DNA of 64,000 nt from Hydrogenophilus sp. (GTDB taxonomy: Bacteria; Pseudomonadota; Gammaproteobacteria; Burkholderiales; Thiobacillaceae): assembly GCA_020692235.1 (NCBI GenBank), contig JAIMKU010000003.1:358-64357 (forward strand), given 5' to 3'. Of this stretch, positions 42,014 through 52,827 are shown piece after piece. The position numbers and the translations under genes were made by a program. The notes under the pieces are model-generated. The model did no database searches, was not told where the DNA came from, and saw only the letters and a program-made list of their open reading frames with translations. Position 1 is the stretch's first letter; every line of letters begins with the position of its first letter.

Positions 42014-42610
42014 TTACCACCTCGTGTCCTGGGACGTGCCGAGCATCGGCCGTAACTTTGCGGCGATGGCCTCACGTGCCCGAAAAATCCTGGAGCGCAC
42101 CGTGCCGATGGGACAATTCATCGACTCGGCGATTTCCTCATAACTCAGCCCCTCCATCTCCCTCAGGGTGATGGCGGAACGCAATTCCTCCGGCAGGGCA
42201 TCGACCGCATCATTCACCGCCAGCGCGATCTGCTTGGACATCAACGCCGTCTCCGGCGTGTTGAGGTCCTGAACGACCAGTCGCTCATCCGGCTCGTCGT
42301 CGCCCATGGCCTGGTCGCTGAGCGTCGGCATGGTCTTTTTCCGGCCGGCCAGATAGTTCTTGGCGGTATTCACGCCAATCCGGTACAGCCAGGTATAGAA
42401 GGCCGCATCGCCGCGAAAGTTGGGCAGTGCCCGGTAGGCCTTGATAAAGGTCTCCTGGGCGATATCCTCGACCTCCTTCGTATTCTTCACCATGCGGGAT
42501 AGCAGGCGGAGCAGCCTACGCTGATACTTCTCCACCAGCATCTCAAAGGCGCGCTTGTCGCCTTGTCGCGCCCTTTCCACCAGTTGCCGGTCTATATCTT
42601 GCTCACTCAT
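42014..42610 (-). CDS. rpoE: ECF sigma factor RpoE
   Basis: DIAQETFIKAYRALPNFRGD, CPIGTVRSRIFRARE. Confidence 0.96.
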   Translation of the reverse strand: MSEQDIDRQLVERARQGDKRAFEMLVEKYQRRLLRLLSRMVKNTKEVEDIAQETFIKAYRALPNFRGDAAFYTWLYRIGVNTAKNYLAGRKKTMPTLSDQAMGDDEPDERLVVQDLNTPETALMSKQIALAVNDAVDALPEELRSAITLREMEGLSYEEIAESMNCPIGTVRSRIFRAREAIAAKLRPMLGTSQDTRW

Positions 42611-42707
42611 CGTTCATGCCATTGGCTGTATACTTCGCCAATGGCCTAACCCTTCTCAGTTCGGAATCGGGTTAGTATAATCGCCATGACCCGGCAATAA
42701 TGCCTGA

Positions 42708-42735
42708 CTGACCCCTCGGATTCGTTAGAAGTTCC
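42708..42735 (-). promoter_or_regulatory. Sigma-E-dependent autoregulatory promoter of rpoE
   Basis: GGAACTT-N16-GTCAG on the minus strand. An opposing TATAAT at 42676-42681 (+) fits nadB. Confidence 0.7.
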
Positions 42736-42750
42736 CAACCTGGCAAAACC

Positions 42751-44331
42751 ATGCAGCATTACGACGTACTCATCATCGGCTCCGGACTCGCGGCCTGCAC
42801 CCTGGCCTTATCCCTGCCGCAACAAACCAGGGTATTGATGATTACCAAAAAGGCCTTCGGCGACAGCGCCAGCGCCAAGTCTCAGGGTGGCATCGCCGCC
42901 GTGTTTTCCAGCCAGGACAGCTTCGCCGAGCACATCCGCGACACCCTGGTCGCCGGCGCCGGGCTGTGCGACGAGGAGGTGGTCCGTTATGTAGTGGAAC
43001 ATGGGACCGAGGCCATCAAGTGGCTGATCGAACAAGGCGTGCCGTTTGACCGTGGCGAACCGGGCCAGAACCAGGCTTACCACCTGACCCGGGAAGGCGG
43101 CCATAGTCAGCGGCGCATCTTCCACGTCGCCGACGCCACAGGCCAGAGCGTGCAGGATACTTTGCTGGCCAGGCTGCGCAGCGCGGCCAATATCGAATTG
43201 CGGGAGCGCCATATCGCCATCGACCTGATCGCCGGCAGGAAGCTCGGTCTAGCTGACAACCGGGTCTACGGCGCCTATGTACTGGACAGCGACGCCGACC
43301 AGGTCATAACCATTGCCGCCAGCCAGACGGTGCTGGCCACCGGCGGCGCCGGCAAGGTCTTTCTCTACACTACCAACCCGGACACCGCCACCGGCGACGG
43401 CATCGCCATGGCCTGGCGGGCCGGCTGCCGGGTGGCCAATCTGGAATTCATCCAGTTCCATCCGACCTGTCTATACCATCCGCAGGCCAAGTCCTTCCTG
43501 ATTACCGAGGCGATGCGCGGTGAAGGCGCCATCCTGCGCCTGCCCGACGGCACCCGCTTCATGGAGTCCCACGATTCGCGATTGGAGTTAGCGCCGCGCG
43601 ACATCGTCGCCCGTGCCATCGACTTGGAAATGAAAAAACGCGGCCTGGATTGCGTCTACCTGGACATCACCCACCAACCGGCCAAGTTCATCGTCAGTCA
43701 TTTTCCCAACATCTATGCCCGCTGCAAAGAGCTGGGCATCGACATCACCCAGGAATGGATACCCATCGCCCCCGCTGCCCACTACACCTGTGGCGGCATT
43801 GTCATCGACCGGCAGGGGCGGACCGATCTCGACAACCTGTATGCCATCGGTGAGACCACCTGTACCGGCCTGCACGGCGCCAATCGCCTGGCCTCCAACT
43901 CCCTGCTCGAATGCCTGGTTTACGGCCGCGCCGCCGCCACCGACATTGGCCAAAGGCAGCCGGCATCGGCGCCGGCACTGCATGGCTGGAACGAAAGCCG
44001 GGTCACCGATGCCGACGAGCAGATCGTCATCACCCATAACTGGCACGAACTGCGCAGATTCATGTGGGACTATGTCGGCATCGTCCGCACCAACAAACGA
44101 CTGGAACGCGCCGCCCACCGCATCCGCCTGTTGCGGAACGAGATCAACGAGTACTACAGCAACTTCCGGGTCACCAGCGACCTGATCGAGCTGCGTAACC
44201 TGGTCGAGACTGCCGATCTAATGGTCCGCTGCGCCCAGCAACGGCATGAGAGCCGTGGCTTGCACGCATCGAGGGATTACCCGGAGACGTTGCCGGTGGC
44301 TAAAAATACGCTACTGAAACCTGGGCCATAA
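42751..44331 (+). CDS. nadB: L-aspartate oxidase
   Basis: 526 aa; [29 protein letters not shown]; divergent from rpoE. Confidence 0.96.
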   Translation: MQHYDVLIIGSGLAACTLALSLPQQTRVLMITKKAFGDSASAKSQGGIAAVFSSQDSFAEHIRDTLVAGAGLCDEEVVRYVVEHGTEAIKWLIEQGVPFDRGEPGQNQAYHLTREGGHSQRRIFHVADATGQSVQDTLLARLRSAANIELRERHIAIDLIAGRKLGLADNRVYGAYVLDSDADQVITIAASQTVLATGGAGKVFLYTTNPDTATGDGIAMAWRAGCRVANLEFIQFHPTCLYHPQAKSFLITEAMRGEGAILRLPDGTRFMESHDSRLELAPRDIVARAIDLEMKKRGLDCVYLDITHQPAKFIVSHFPNIYARCKELGIDITQEWIPIAPAAHYTCGGIVIDRQGRTDLDNLYAIGETTCTGLHGANRLASNSLLECLVYGRAAATDIGQRQPASAPALHGWNESRVTDADEQIVITHNWHELRRFMWDYVGIVRTNKRLERAAHRIRLLRNEINEYYSNFRVTSDLIELRNLVETADLMVRCAQQRHESRGLHASRDYPETLPVAKNTLLKPGP

Positions 44332-44360
44332 CCATTGTTTGCCGTCTTTAGGAGCCTGCC

Positions 44361-44981
44361 ATGCGCCCACTCACCCTTGTCCTGGTTCTGATCCTCTCCT
44401 GCTTCAACGCCGCTGCGCGCGCCGAGGTGGCGCTGCTGGTCCATGGCTATCTGGGCAGCGCCGCGTTGCGGGCGATCGGCGTTCGGCACCCGCATCAGTC
44501 GATCACCCTGGTCGGCCACTCGGCCGGCGGCGTGGTGGCCCGCATGGCGCTGGTGCGTGGCGGGGTCGGCAAGGTGGGCCGCTTGATTACCATCGCCGCA
44601 CCCAACCAGGGCACCGTGCGCGCCTTGCAGGCGGTCGATGCGACGCACCAGGGCGGCCCGATCGGGTTTCTGAAAGATATGCTCGGCGGCTCCGACTACT
44701 ATGCGGTCAAGGACTCCTGGCCAGTGCTGCTCGACCTGTCGCCGGCCACGCCGGGCAGCGCGCTGTACTGGTTGAACAACCAGCCGCAACCGGCGATTCG
44801 CTATGTCTCGATCATCCGCGCCGCCCCCTATGGACTGGGCGATGCCGTCGTGCCCGGCGCCAGTCAGGATTTGAACAGCATCCCCGCCTTGCACGGCAAG
44901 GCGCTAAGCATCGTCGTGCCGGCCGACCACGCCCTGACCCCGGCCGACGGCGCCATGCTGGCGCGGCTATTGGCCTCGTAA
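44361..44981 (+). pseudogene. Exported alpha/beta hydrolase (lipase/PGAP1-like), apparently internally deleted
   Basis: Signal peptide; LVHGYLGS lies only ~18 aa before the GHSAGG nucleophile elbow, much closer than usual in this fold. Confidence 0.55.
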
Positions 44982-44989
44982 ACCGGGGG

Positions 44990-45565
44990 CTACTTCCGGG
45001 CCAGCAGCTTCAAGGCCTGGCGAATGTTTTCCTCCAGGCTCAAGCCCGCCGGCAACTGTTTCAGCGCCGGCAGCGCCTCTTTGTCGCTGTAACCCAGCGC
45101 CATCAGGGCGTTGAGGGCGTCATGGGCGACGTTGACCGGGCTGTCAGCCGCACTCGGCAGGGCATCGACGAGCCGGCCTTTCAGCTCCAGCAACAGACGT
45201 TCGGCGGTCTTCTTGCCGACCCCCGGTATCTTCACCAGGCGCCAGGTTTCCTGCATCGCCACGGCCTGGGCAAGCTCGTCCACATTTAGCCCGGACAATA
45301 CCGACAGGGCCAGTTTCGGCCCGACCCCGGAAATCTTGATGAGTGTGCGAAATGCCTCGCGCTCCTTGACGGTGAGGAAGCCGTACAACTGCTGGGCATC
45401 CTCGCGCACGCTGAAATGGGTGAATAGCGTAACCGCCTCGCCCTGGGCCGGGAGGTTGTAGAAGGTGCTCATCGGCACATCGACCTCGTAGCCGACGCCA
45501 TGCACATCGACCAGGATTTGCGGCGGGTGTTTTTCCAGCAGGGTGCCGGTCAGTCTGCCTATCAT
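44990..45565 (-). CDS. ruvA: Holliday junction branch migration protein RuvA
   Basis: MIGRLTG...[34 protein letters not shown] overlaps the upstream stop. Confidence 0.96.
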   Translation of the reverse strand: MIGRLTGTLLEKHPPQILVDVHGVGYEVDVPMSTFYNLPAQGEAVTLFTHFSVREDAQQLYGFLTVKEREAFRTLIKISGVGPKLALSVLSGLNVDELAQAVAMQETWRLVKIPGVGKKTAERLLLELKGRLVDALPSAADSPVNVAHDALNALMALGYSDKEALPALKQLPAGLSLEENIRQALKLLARK

Positions 45566-46521
45566 GTGAACTTGTCCAATACCAGGCTGGCCGCAAGCAA
45601 TACAGCCAGCAGATGCGCGGCGCCAATGGTGGCGCGGATGGCCGGCACCAGCCGCGCGGGCTGGGCCGCGAATCGGCGTAGGTCGTTGGCCGCCTTGAAG
45701 GCCGGCCACCCGGCCGCCAGGGCGATCAGGCTCCAGAGCGGCAACCGGCCAGCGGCGATCAGGCCGATCAGCCAGCCCATCGCCAACAGCAGGATCAGAC
45801 CATAGCCATGAGCGGCCTGGTCGGGTGCCAGCCGGACCACCCAGTGGCGCTTGCCGACCGCCAGATCGGCGGCCCGGTCGGGAAACTGGTTCAGGTACAA
45901 AACATTGGTCACCATCAAGGCATAGGGCAAACCGATGAGCCAGGGCGCGACATGGTAAGCGCCGCGCTGAACGAAATCGGCGCCGACGACGATCAGCAGA
46001 AAGCCGGTCGCGACGCAAAGCTCGCCGAGACCCCGGCTATTGAGTTGCAGGGGTGGCGCGGAATAGGCCCAACCGATGGCGAGACCGGCCAGGCCGATCC
46101 AGAGCAGACCGGCGCCGGCATGACCCAGCAGCCACTGGCCGCCCAGCATCACCGCCAGGAACAGCGCCGCACCAAAGAGCAAGGTCTGGCGGGCGCTCAA
46201 GACGCCGTTCTGGATAAACCGGGAGCCCCCGGTAAATGGAAACAGGCGGTCGCTGTTCAGCTCATCGCTACCGTTCAGATGATCGTAGTAGTCGTTCAGT
46301 ACATTGACCCCGGCGTGGGCCAGCAGGGCCAGCAAAAAGCTAACGGGCGCAGTAAGGGCATTGAACGAAATACCGGAATGCCAGGCGCTGGCCAAGCCGA
46401 GCAAGACGCCGACCAGGGTGATGCTCAGAAAGGCCGGCCGGGTGGCCAGAAAATAACGCAGCAGGGGATTGCCCAGCCGCTCCAGGCTGGGTTCGGCGGC
46501 CAGCGCGGCGTTCTTGTTCAT
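45562..46521 (-). CDS. UbiA-family prenyltransferase, MenA-like
   Basis: 319 aa; [32 protein letters not shown]; many TM helices. Confidence 0.78.
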   Translation of the reverse strand: MNKNAALAAEPSLERLGNPLLRYFLATRPAFLSITLVGVLLGLASAWHSGISFNALTAPVSFLLALLAHAGVNVLNDYYDHLNGSDELNSDRLFPFTGGSRFIQNGVLSARQTLLFGAALFLAVMLGGQWLLGHAGAGLLWIGLAGLAIGWAYSAPPLQLNSRGLGELCVATGFLLIVVGADFVQRGAYHVAPWLIGLPYALMVTNVLYLNQFPDRAADLAVGKRHWVVRLAPDQAAHGYGLILLLAMGWLIGLIAAGRLPLWSLIALAAGWPAFKAANDLRRFAAQPARLVPAIRATIGAAHLLAVLLAASLVLDKFT

Positions 46522-47036
46522 GACAGCCGGCCCGCCCGCCGCCGCCGACCGGCGGTGACCAGCGCGCCCAGCCCCATGCCACCGTGGGCGTGGCAGATCG
46601 CGCAGGCAAGGGCATCGGCGGCGTCGGCGCTGGGCGCGCCGGGCAGATTCAGCAGCCGAGTCACCATGTGGATCACCTGTTGCTTGTCGGCATGGCCATT
46701 GCCGACCACCGCCTGTTTGATTTGCAGCGCGGTGTACTCGAACACTGTTTGTCCGGCATGGGTCAGCGCCGCGATGGCCGCACCGCGCGCCTGGCCGAGC
46801 AACAGGGTGGATTGGGGATTGACGTTGACGAACACCTTTTCCACCGCCGCCGCCTCGGGGTTGAAGGCCGCCAGCACCTCGCCGATGCCGGCGAAGATGG
46901 TGGCGATCCGCGCCGGCAATTCATCGCCCTGGGTACGGATGACGCCGCTGGCGACGTAGGTCAAGCGCTGGCCCTCCTTGTCGATGACCCCATAGCCGGT
47001 TACCCGCAGGCCGGGGTCGATGCCCAGGAGGCGCAA
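46518..47036 (-). CDS. ruvC: Crossover junction endodeoxyribonuclease RuvC
   Basis: [40 protein letters not shown]. Confidence 0.95.
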   Translation of the reverse strand: MRLLGIDPGLRVTGYGVIDKEGQRLTYVASGVIRTQGDELPARIATIFAGIGEVLAAFNPEAAAVEKVFVNVNPQSTLLLGQARGAAIAALTHAGQTVFEYTALQIKQAVVGNGHADKQQVIHMVTRLLNLPGAPSADAADALACAICHAHGGMGLGALVTAGRRRRAGRLS

Positions 47037-47043
47037 GGCCGCA

Positions 47044-47772
47044 TTACTCCGGCAAAAGGGCGGAGATATAAGCCTCCTGCACGTCGTCGAGGTCGTCGAG
47101 CATGTCGAGCATCTTCTGGAACCGCACCGCATCGTCGCCCTCGACCTCGGTCTCGTTCATGGCCTTCATGGTGACCTCGGCCACTACCGGCTTGAGACCG
47201 GCCTTCTCCAGCGCCTCCTTGACGACCGTCAGATCGCCGGTGGGCGCGGTAATGACCTCGATGGAACCGTCATCGTTGCCGATGACATCCTCGGCGCCCG
47301 CCTCCAAGGCCACTTCCATGACCTTGTCCTCATCGGCGCCCAGTTCCAGGATGATCTGGCCGCAGTGCTTGAACTGGAACGCCACGCAACCGTCGGTGCC
47401 CATGTTGCCGCCATACTTGGCCAGGGCGTGACGGACGTCGGCCACGGTACGCACCCGGTTGTCGGTCAGGCAATCGACGATCACCGCCGCGCCACCGGGG
47501 CCATAGCCTTCGAAGCGGATTTCCTCGTAGCTGACGCCTTCCAGCTCGCCGGTGCCCTTCTTGACCGCCCGATCAATGTTGTCGTTGGGCATGTTCTCGG
47601 CCTTGGCCTTGTCGATGGCCAGGCGCAGCCGCGGGTTGAAGTTGGGGTCGCCGCCGCCCATCTTGGCTGCGACGGTGATTTCCCTGGCGTAGCGGGAAAA
47701 TATCTTGCCGCGCTTTTCGTCCTGACGCCCCTTACGGTGCTGAATGTTCGCCCATTTGCTATGTCCGGACAT
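47044..47772 (-). CDS. yebC: YebC/PmpR-family protein
   Basis: [20 protein letters not shown]. Confidence 0.96.
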   Translation of the reverse strand: MSGHSKWANIQHRKGRQDEKRGKIFSRYAREITVAAKMGGGDPNFNPRLRLAIDKAKAENMPNDNIDRAVKKGTGELEGVSYEEIRFEGYGPGGAAVIVDCLTDNRVRTVADVRHALAKYGGNMGTDGCVAFQFKHCGQIILELGADEDKVMEVALEAGAEDVIGNDDGSIEVITAPTGDLTVVKEALEKAGLKPVVAEVTMKAMNETEVEGDDAVRFQKMLDMLDDLDDVQEAYISALLPE

Positions 47773-47802
47773 GATGCGTGTCTTAAGTAAAAGGCCGTTA
47801 TT

Positions 47803-48426
47803 TTAACCTTGACGGCTTACCAAACCGGAGAAAAATAGGTCAATCATCGGCCCGGCCTGTTTGGCCAGGGAATAGGCCTCCGGCTCCAGGCCCCAATCGT
47901 GAATCAGGCCGTCGATGAAGGCCAGCAAGGCATTGGCGGCGAGCGGACAATCCAGGTCGGCGCGCACCTGGCCGCGCTGGCGGGCGTTTTCCAGGGCCAG
48001 ACGGAATACCTCGCGGGCGCCCTTGCGACACTCCTGGCGACGTTGAACATTGGGCGCCAGATCATCGACGTATTCGCACTTCAGGGTCAGGATTTCGAAC
48101 ACCCGACGGCAGCGGCCGTCCTGTTCCACCATGGCCAGGGCATGGACGCTGGCCCGGCGCAGCAGTCCAAGCGGGTCGGGCTGATCGGGGTCGGCCATGT
48201 TGTCCAGCAAGGCCTCCAGCGGCAAGGTGGCGCGGTCGCACATGGCGTTGAACAGGTCGGCCTTGTTCTCGAAATGCCAGTAGATGGCGCCCCGGGTGAC
48301 CCCGGCTTGCTGGGCAATCGCGGCCAGGGAGGTGCGCGACATGCCCTTGTTGCGGAATACGCCTTCGGCGGTATCGAGGATCAGGGAACGGGTTTCCTGC
48401 GCTTCTGCCTTGGTGCGACGAGCCAT
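47803..48426 (-). CDS. TetR/AcrR-family regulator
   Basis: MARRTKAEAQETR, AGVTRGAIYWHFENK. Confidence 0.93.
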   Translation of the reverse strand: MARRTKAEAQETRSLILDTAEGVFRNKGMSRTSLAAIAQQAGVTRGAIYWHFENKADLFNAMCDRATLPLEALLDNMADPDQPDPLGLLRRASVHALAMVEQDGRCRRVFEILTLKCEYVDDLAPNVQRRQECRKGAREVFRLALENARQRGQVRADLDCPLAANALLAFIDGLIHDWGLEPEAYSLAKQAGPMIDLFFSGLVSRQG

Positions 48427-48459
48427 AAGAATTAACCTGTTGGTAACAGTGTCATAGTT

Positions 48460-48479
48460 TACATACATTCTCGTATGTA
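48460..48479. promoter_or_regulatory. AcrR-type operator palindrome
   Basis: TACATAC-N6-GTATGTA upstream of the TetR gene, followed by TAGAAT; resembles the E. coli AcrR site. Confidence 0.72.
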
Positions 48480-48506
48480 TATAGAATGCAGCGCCCTTGA
48501 AACCGG

Positions 48507-48749
48507 ACGGTTTTCATCGTCAAGGATGGTGGCAAGCTTGCGGATGGCAAACCGAGACAAACGGCCGAGCAGCGCTTCATCGTCACCGGGCTGACGCGCG
48601 GCGATCAAGTAGCCGTCATCAAGGGCGTGAAGCCGGGCGAGACGGTTGTCACAGCCGGCCAGCTCAAGCTGCGCAACAACTCGACCATACTGGTGAACAA
48701 CAGCGTGACCCCGGCCAACGCGGCCAACCCGCAGATAGCCACGCCATGA
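48507..48749 (+). pseudogene. C-terminal remnant of an RND membrane-fusion protein
   Basis: Manual translation TVFIVK...AEQRFIVTGLTRGDQVAVIKGVKPGETVVTAGQLKLRNN...; no start codon or N-terminus. Confidence 0.8.
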
Positions 48750-48765
48750 ACGTTGCGAGCCGCAC

Positions 48766-49430
48766 ATGAAGACAAAATTTACCGACCTTTTCATCAAGCG
48801 CCCGGTGCAGCCCAGATTGCAGGCCGTGGAAGGTGTGCAAACGGCCGAGATTCTGGGTGCGAAAAACTTCGCCCTGCGGGCCTGGCTGAATCCACAAAAG
48901 CTCGCCGCCTACAGCCTGACCGCAACCGACATCTACGCGGCGCTGGCGGCCAACAACTACCTGGCCTCGACCGGCAACGCCAAAGGCCAGATGGTGCAGA
49001 TCAACCTGGCCGCCGATACCGACTTGAAGTCGCTCGACGGCTTCAAGAACCTGGTGGTGAAGTCGGCGGCCGGCCAGGTCGTGCGGCTGAACGATGTGGC
49101 CACGGTCGCCATGGGTGCGGACGATCATGAAACCGCCGTGGCCTTCGACGGCAAGGCCTCGGTATTCGTCGGCATTCAGGTCGCGCCAGGCGCCAACCTG
49201 CTCGACGTCGTCGCCCGGGTGCGCAAGGTCTTGCAGGACATCCAGTCGCAACTGCCGGTCGGCTTGAAGGGCGGCGTTATTTACGACTCGACCAAGTTCG
49301 TCAACGCCTCGATAAACGAGGTGGTCAAGACCCTGGCGGAGGCCGTTCTGATCGTCACCCTGGTGGTGTTTGCCTTCCTCGGCTCATTGCGTTCGGTAAT
49401 CATTCCCCTGATCGCTATTCCGCTATCCAT
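48766..49430 (+). pseudogene. RND permease remnant with internal and 3' deletions
   Basis: MKTKFTDLFIKRPV joins directly to QPRLQAVEGV...; homology ends at IIPLIAIPLS (end of TM3). Confidence 0.85.
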
Positions 49431-49566
49431 CTCCGACCTCGATTTGATTGCCGCCGGTGCATTGAGTACCGGTGTCGTCGCCGACCAGGGGGTGATAGGC
49501 CAAGGCAGGACCAGACAGGCCGAGCGCGGCGGCGAAAACGGTCAACAGCTCGAATCGGGTAGCCAT
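49423..49566 (-). pseudogene. 5' remnant of an exported/outer-membrane transporter-family protein
   Basis: Signal peptide plus YHPLVGDDTGTQ..GGNQIE, then an abrupt stop inside the RND remnant. Confidence 0.55.
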
Positions 49567-49574
49567 GAAGCCGG

Positions 49575-50231
49575 CTATCTCAGGCTGATGACCGGCCAGC
49601 CTGCGGCCTGGGCGTGGGCCAGGAGCGTGGCGTCCGGGTCGACCGCAACCGGGTGTCGCACCCGGGCGAGCAGGGGCAGGTCGTTGAGCGAATCGCTGTA
49701 GAACCAGCTCTCGGTGACGGTAGCCAAGTTTTCCCCTTGCCCGGTCAGCCATTGTTCCAGGCGCGTCACCTTGCCGTCCTTGAACGACGGCAGGCCGGAA
49801 ACCTTGCCAGTGAATTCGCCGCCCACCTGTTCCGGTTCGGTGGCGATGAGATGCTCGACCCCCAGGTAGTGGGCAATAGGTGCGGTGACGAAGCTATTGG
49901 TGGCGGTAACGATGACCCGGGTATCGCCGACATGTCGCGCCAGCAGGGCCGGTGCGCCCTTGGCGACCATCGGGACGATCCGGGTCCGCATGTATTCATC
50001 GTGCCAGGCATCCAGTTGGGCGCGGGGATGATGGGCCAGTGGCTTGAGCTGGAAGTCGAGAAACTCGTGAATGTCCAGGGTGCCGGACTTGTATTGGTCG
50101 TAAAACGTTTGATTTTTGGCCTCGTACAACTCCCGATCCAGGACGCCCTTCTCGATCAGGAACTGGGCCCACTCGAAATCGGAATCGCCCGCCAGCAGGG
50201 TGTTATCGAGGTCGAAAAGCGCAAGTCTCAT
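49575..50231 (-). CDS. HAD-IB family phosphatase
   Basis: LFDLDNTLL, VTAT, YSDSLNDLPLL. Confidence 0.92.
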   Translation of the reverse strand: MRLALFDLDNTLLAGDSDFEWAQFLIEKGVLDRELYEAKNQTFYDQYKSGTLDIHEFLDFQLKPLAHHPRAQLDAWHDEYMRTRIVPMVAKGAPALLARHVGDTRVIVTATNSFVTAPIAHYLGVEHLIATEPEQVGGEFTGKVSGLPSFKDGKVTRLEQWLTGQGENLATVTESWFYSDSLNDLPLLARVRHPVAVDPDATLLAHAQAAGWPVISLR

Positions 50232-50291
50232 TTCTCATATCCATCGGCGTTCTTTAGAATGGTCGCCAGTATATTCGAGGCTGCGCCGTGA

Positions 50292-50420
50292 ACCTTATTT
50301 CATCTTCTGATGGCCTGGGCCGAATCGTTCACCACCGGCATGATTATGCCGGTCCTGGTGATCTATCGGCCGGAATGGGTCGCCACCTTCGACGACAAAC
50401 GCTACCTGCAATCCAAATAA
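50292..50420 (+). pseudogene. C-terminal remnant of an ECF-permease/CbiM-like membrane protein
   Basis: (PYFI..)MAWAESFTTGMIMPVLVIYRPEWVATFDDKRYLQSK*; the rest of the gene is absent. Confidence 0.6.
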
Positions 50421-50445
50421 GCGAATGGAGGTCGATCTCGGCTAA

Positions 50446-50622
50446 ACCCAGATTGTTCATTAGGGCGTGCGCGGAAGGCGAGGTGGAGCGCGAGGCAGTT
50501 TGGGTGGTTGGAAGGAGGCCATAGCCCGGCTATGGCTGACGACCAAGCGCCCAAAATGGCCGCGATACGCCCGCCAGCCGTGTGCGCAGGCGCGATAGCG
50601 CCGCCTAATGAACAATCTGGGT
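50446..50622. mobile_element. MITE-like non-coding element 2 (177 bp)
   Basis: 19-bp TIR ACCCAGATTGTTCATTAGG / CCTAATGAACAATCTGGGT, flanked by TAA direct repeats (50443-45, 50623-25); internal hairpin GCCATAGC-CCG-GCTATGGC. Confidence 0.78.
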
Positions 50623-51086
50623 TAAAGGAGCAAATCCGGGACCAATGCCGCTTTCAGCGCGACATGCCGCTCGCCTCGGCGGGTCCGGTTGCTCAGCCAG
50701 ATAAAGCCACCTTTCTTAAGTGTCCACGGGGCCGATTCGCCGGACAACAATAGCGCTGCGACCTGGCCCAGCATGGGCTGATGACCCACGACCAGCACTG
50801 CGCATCCGGCATCCGGCCAGCCCGCCGCCACCAGCACCGTGGTCGGGTCGGCACCCGGTTCGATCGCCCGAACGGTCTCGAAGCGCCGGCCCAAACCGGC
50901 CGCCGTTTGCTGGGCGCGGAGCGCCGGACTGACCAGAATACGGCAGTCCTTGGCTAATCGAGCATCCAGCCATTTGCCAACCGCCAGGGCCTGCTTGCGC
51001 CCTTTGGCGGTCAACTCCCGATCCTGGTCGGGAAATTTCGGCCCAGGTTCCCGAGCCTCCGCATGACGCCACAAAATAAGGTCCAT
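50622..51086 (-). CDS. sixA: SixA-like histidine phosphatase
   Basis: MDLILWRHAEA, LVSPALRAQQTA, VVGHQP. Confidence 0.9.
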   Translation of the reverse strand: MDLILWRHAEAREPGPKFPDQDRELTAKGRKQALAVGKWLDARLAKDCRILVSPALRAQQTAAGLGRRFETVRAIEPGADPTTVLVAAGWPDAGCAVLVVGHQPMLGQVAALLLSGESAPWTLKKGGFIWLSNRTRRGERHVALKAALVPDLLL

Positions 51087-51446
51087 ATCATCCTCGATCA
51101 TTGCCCGGAGCCAATACCCGGTCATGGCAAGTCGGCCAAATTACCATCGTTCTATTACCGAGCCGTGACGGTAAACGGCCAAAATCGTCCCCAATGGCTC
51201 ACCGTCCCTTTGCGCCCTCGGAACAAGGCGGAAGGCCGGCAGACGCCGTCATATCGGCAAAAGGCCAATCCGTATTTTTTAGATTCAAAATATTATCTTA
51301 ATAAACAATTAGTTACAAAAACGTAAAACATAGAAAAACTTTATTTGCGAATAAATAACTTGGATTAGAGGGGGCGATGCACCATGCTATTGTGCTAATC
51401 TGATTGGTAATCTCAATTCCACAAACATTCAGCGTAAGGAGCCAGC

Positions 51447-52655
51447 ATGTCCCATCTCGTCAAACCCCACGGTGGTGGTGAACTCAAACCCCTGCGGCTC
51501 GAAGGCGCCGCCCGAAAAACCGAACTAGCCCGCGCCAAGGCGCTCAAGCAGGTGAAGATGTCCTCCCGCGAGACCGGCGACCTCATCATGATGGGCATCG
51601 GCGGTTTCACCCCGCTCGACGGTTTCATGACCAAGGCCGACTGGCAAGGCGTCTGTGATGGGATGAAAACAAGCAGCGGCCTGTTCTGGCCCATCCCGGT
51701 GACCCTTTCGACCGACGACGAGTCCATCAAGGACGGCGACGACATCGCCTTGGTCGGCGGTGAGAGCGGCGAGATCATGGGCACCATGAAGGTAACCGAG
51801 AAGTACACCATCGACAAGGCCCACGAGTGCATGCAGGTCTACAAGACCACCGACATCAAGCACCCCGGCATCAAGATGGTGATGGCCCAGGGCAAGTACA
51901 ACCTGGCCGGCCCGGTCAAGGTCCTGTCCGATGGCGGCTTCAAGGCCAAATACGGCGCGCAATTCATGACCCCCGCCGAGACCCGCGCCGCCTTTGAAAA
52001 AATGGGCTGGTCGAAGGTCGCCGCCTTCCAGACCCGCAACCCGATGCACCGCTCGCACGAATACCTGGTCAAGATCGCCATCGAGACCATGGATGGCGTG
52101 CTGATACACTCCCTGCTGGGCGCCCTGAAGCCAGGTGACATCCCGGCCGAGGTCCGTTCCGAGGCGATCTCCACCCTGGTCGAAAATTACTTCGCTCCCA
52201 ATACCGTCATTCAGGCCGGCTATCCGCTGGACATGCGCTATGCCGGTCCGCGTGAAGCCCTGTTGCACGCGCTGTTCCGCCAGAACTACGGCTGCTCGCA
52301 CCTGATCGTCGGTCGCGACCACGCTGGCGTGGGCGACTACTACGGCCCCTTCGACGCCCAGAAAATCTTCGACGAGATTCCCAAGGGCTCGCTGGAAACC
52401 CAGAACATGAACATCGACTGGACCTTCTGGTGCAAGAAGTGCGGCGGCATGGCCTCGCGGCGTACCTGCCCGCACACCAAGGATGACCGCATCCTGCTGT
52501 CCGGCACCAAGGTGCGCGCGATGCTATCCGAAGGCCAGGACCTGCCGGTCGAATTCAGTCGTCCGGAAGTCGCTGCGGTGCTCAAGAAGTACTACGCCAG
52601 CCTGACCAAGGAACAAAACGTCAAGATCGAACTCAAGGGCCACTCGGCCGCTTGA
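51447..52655 (+). CDS. sat: Sulfate adenylyltransferase (dissimilatory type)
   Basis: [25 protein letters not shown]...CPH. Confidence 0.96.
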   Translation: MSHLVKPHGGGELKPLRLEGAARKTELARAKALKQVKMSSRETGDLIMMGIGGFTPLDGFMTKADWQGVCDGMKTSSGLFWPIPVTLSTDDESIKDGDDIALVGGESGEIMGTMKVTEKYTIDKAHECMQVYKTTDIKHPGIKMVMAQGKYNLAGPVKVLSDGGFKAKYGAQFMTPAETRAAFEKMGWSKVAAFQTRNPMHRSHEYLVKIAIETMDGVLIHSLLGALKPGDIPAEVRSEAISTLVENYFAPNTVIQAGYPLDMRYAGPREALLHALFRQNYGCSHLIVGRDHAGVGDYYGPFDAQKIFDEIPKGSLETQNMNIDWTFWCKKCGGMASRRTCPHTKDDRILLSGTKVRAMLSEGQDLPVEFSRPEVAAVLKKYYASLTKEQNVKIELKGHSAA

Positions 52656-52703
52656 TGTGGGGCGGGCTTTAGCCCGACGGGTCGGCCCAGTGGCCGGCCC
52701 ACA
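52656..52703. repeat. REP-like palindromic doublet (second copy degenerate)
   Basis: TGTGGGGCGGGCTTTAGCCCGAC...GTCGGCCC...GGCCCACA directly after the sat stop. Confidence 0.55.
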
Positions 52704-52827
52704 CTATGGAATTTAGAATACCGGACTCGCCGGAAGCGGAATCGCGATACGCCCCGGCTAAGGTGTGGTTCGGCGTCTGAACGGACCGCTGACACAGCGG
52801 ATTGTTAGCTAACAAGGAGAGTATGTA

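Noticed and set aside
49430-49701. C-terminal 90 codons of the 311-aa RND ORF as a real domain
   Set aside because: They are read-through into the antisense strand of the transporter remnant and the HAD gene.
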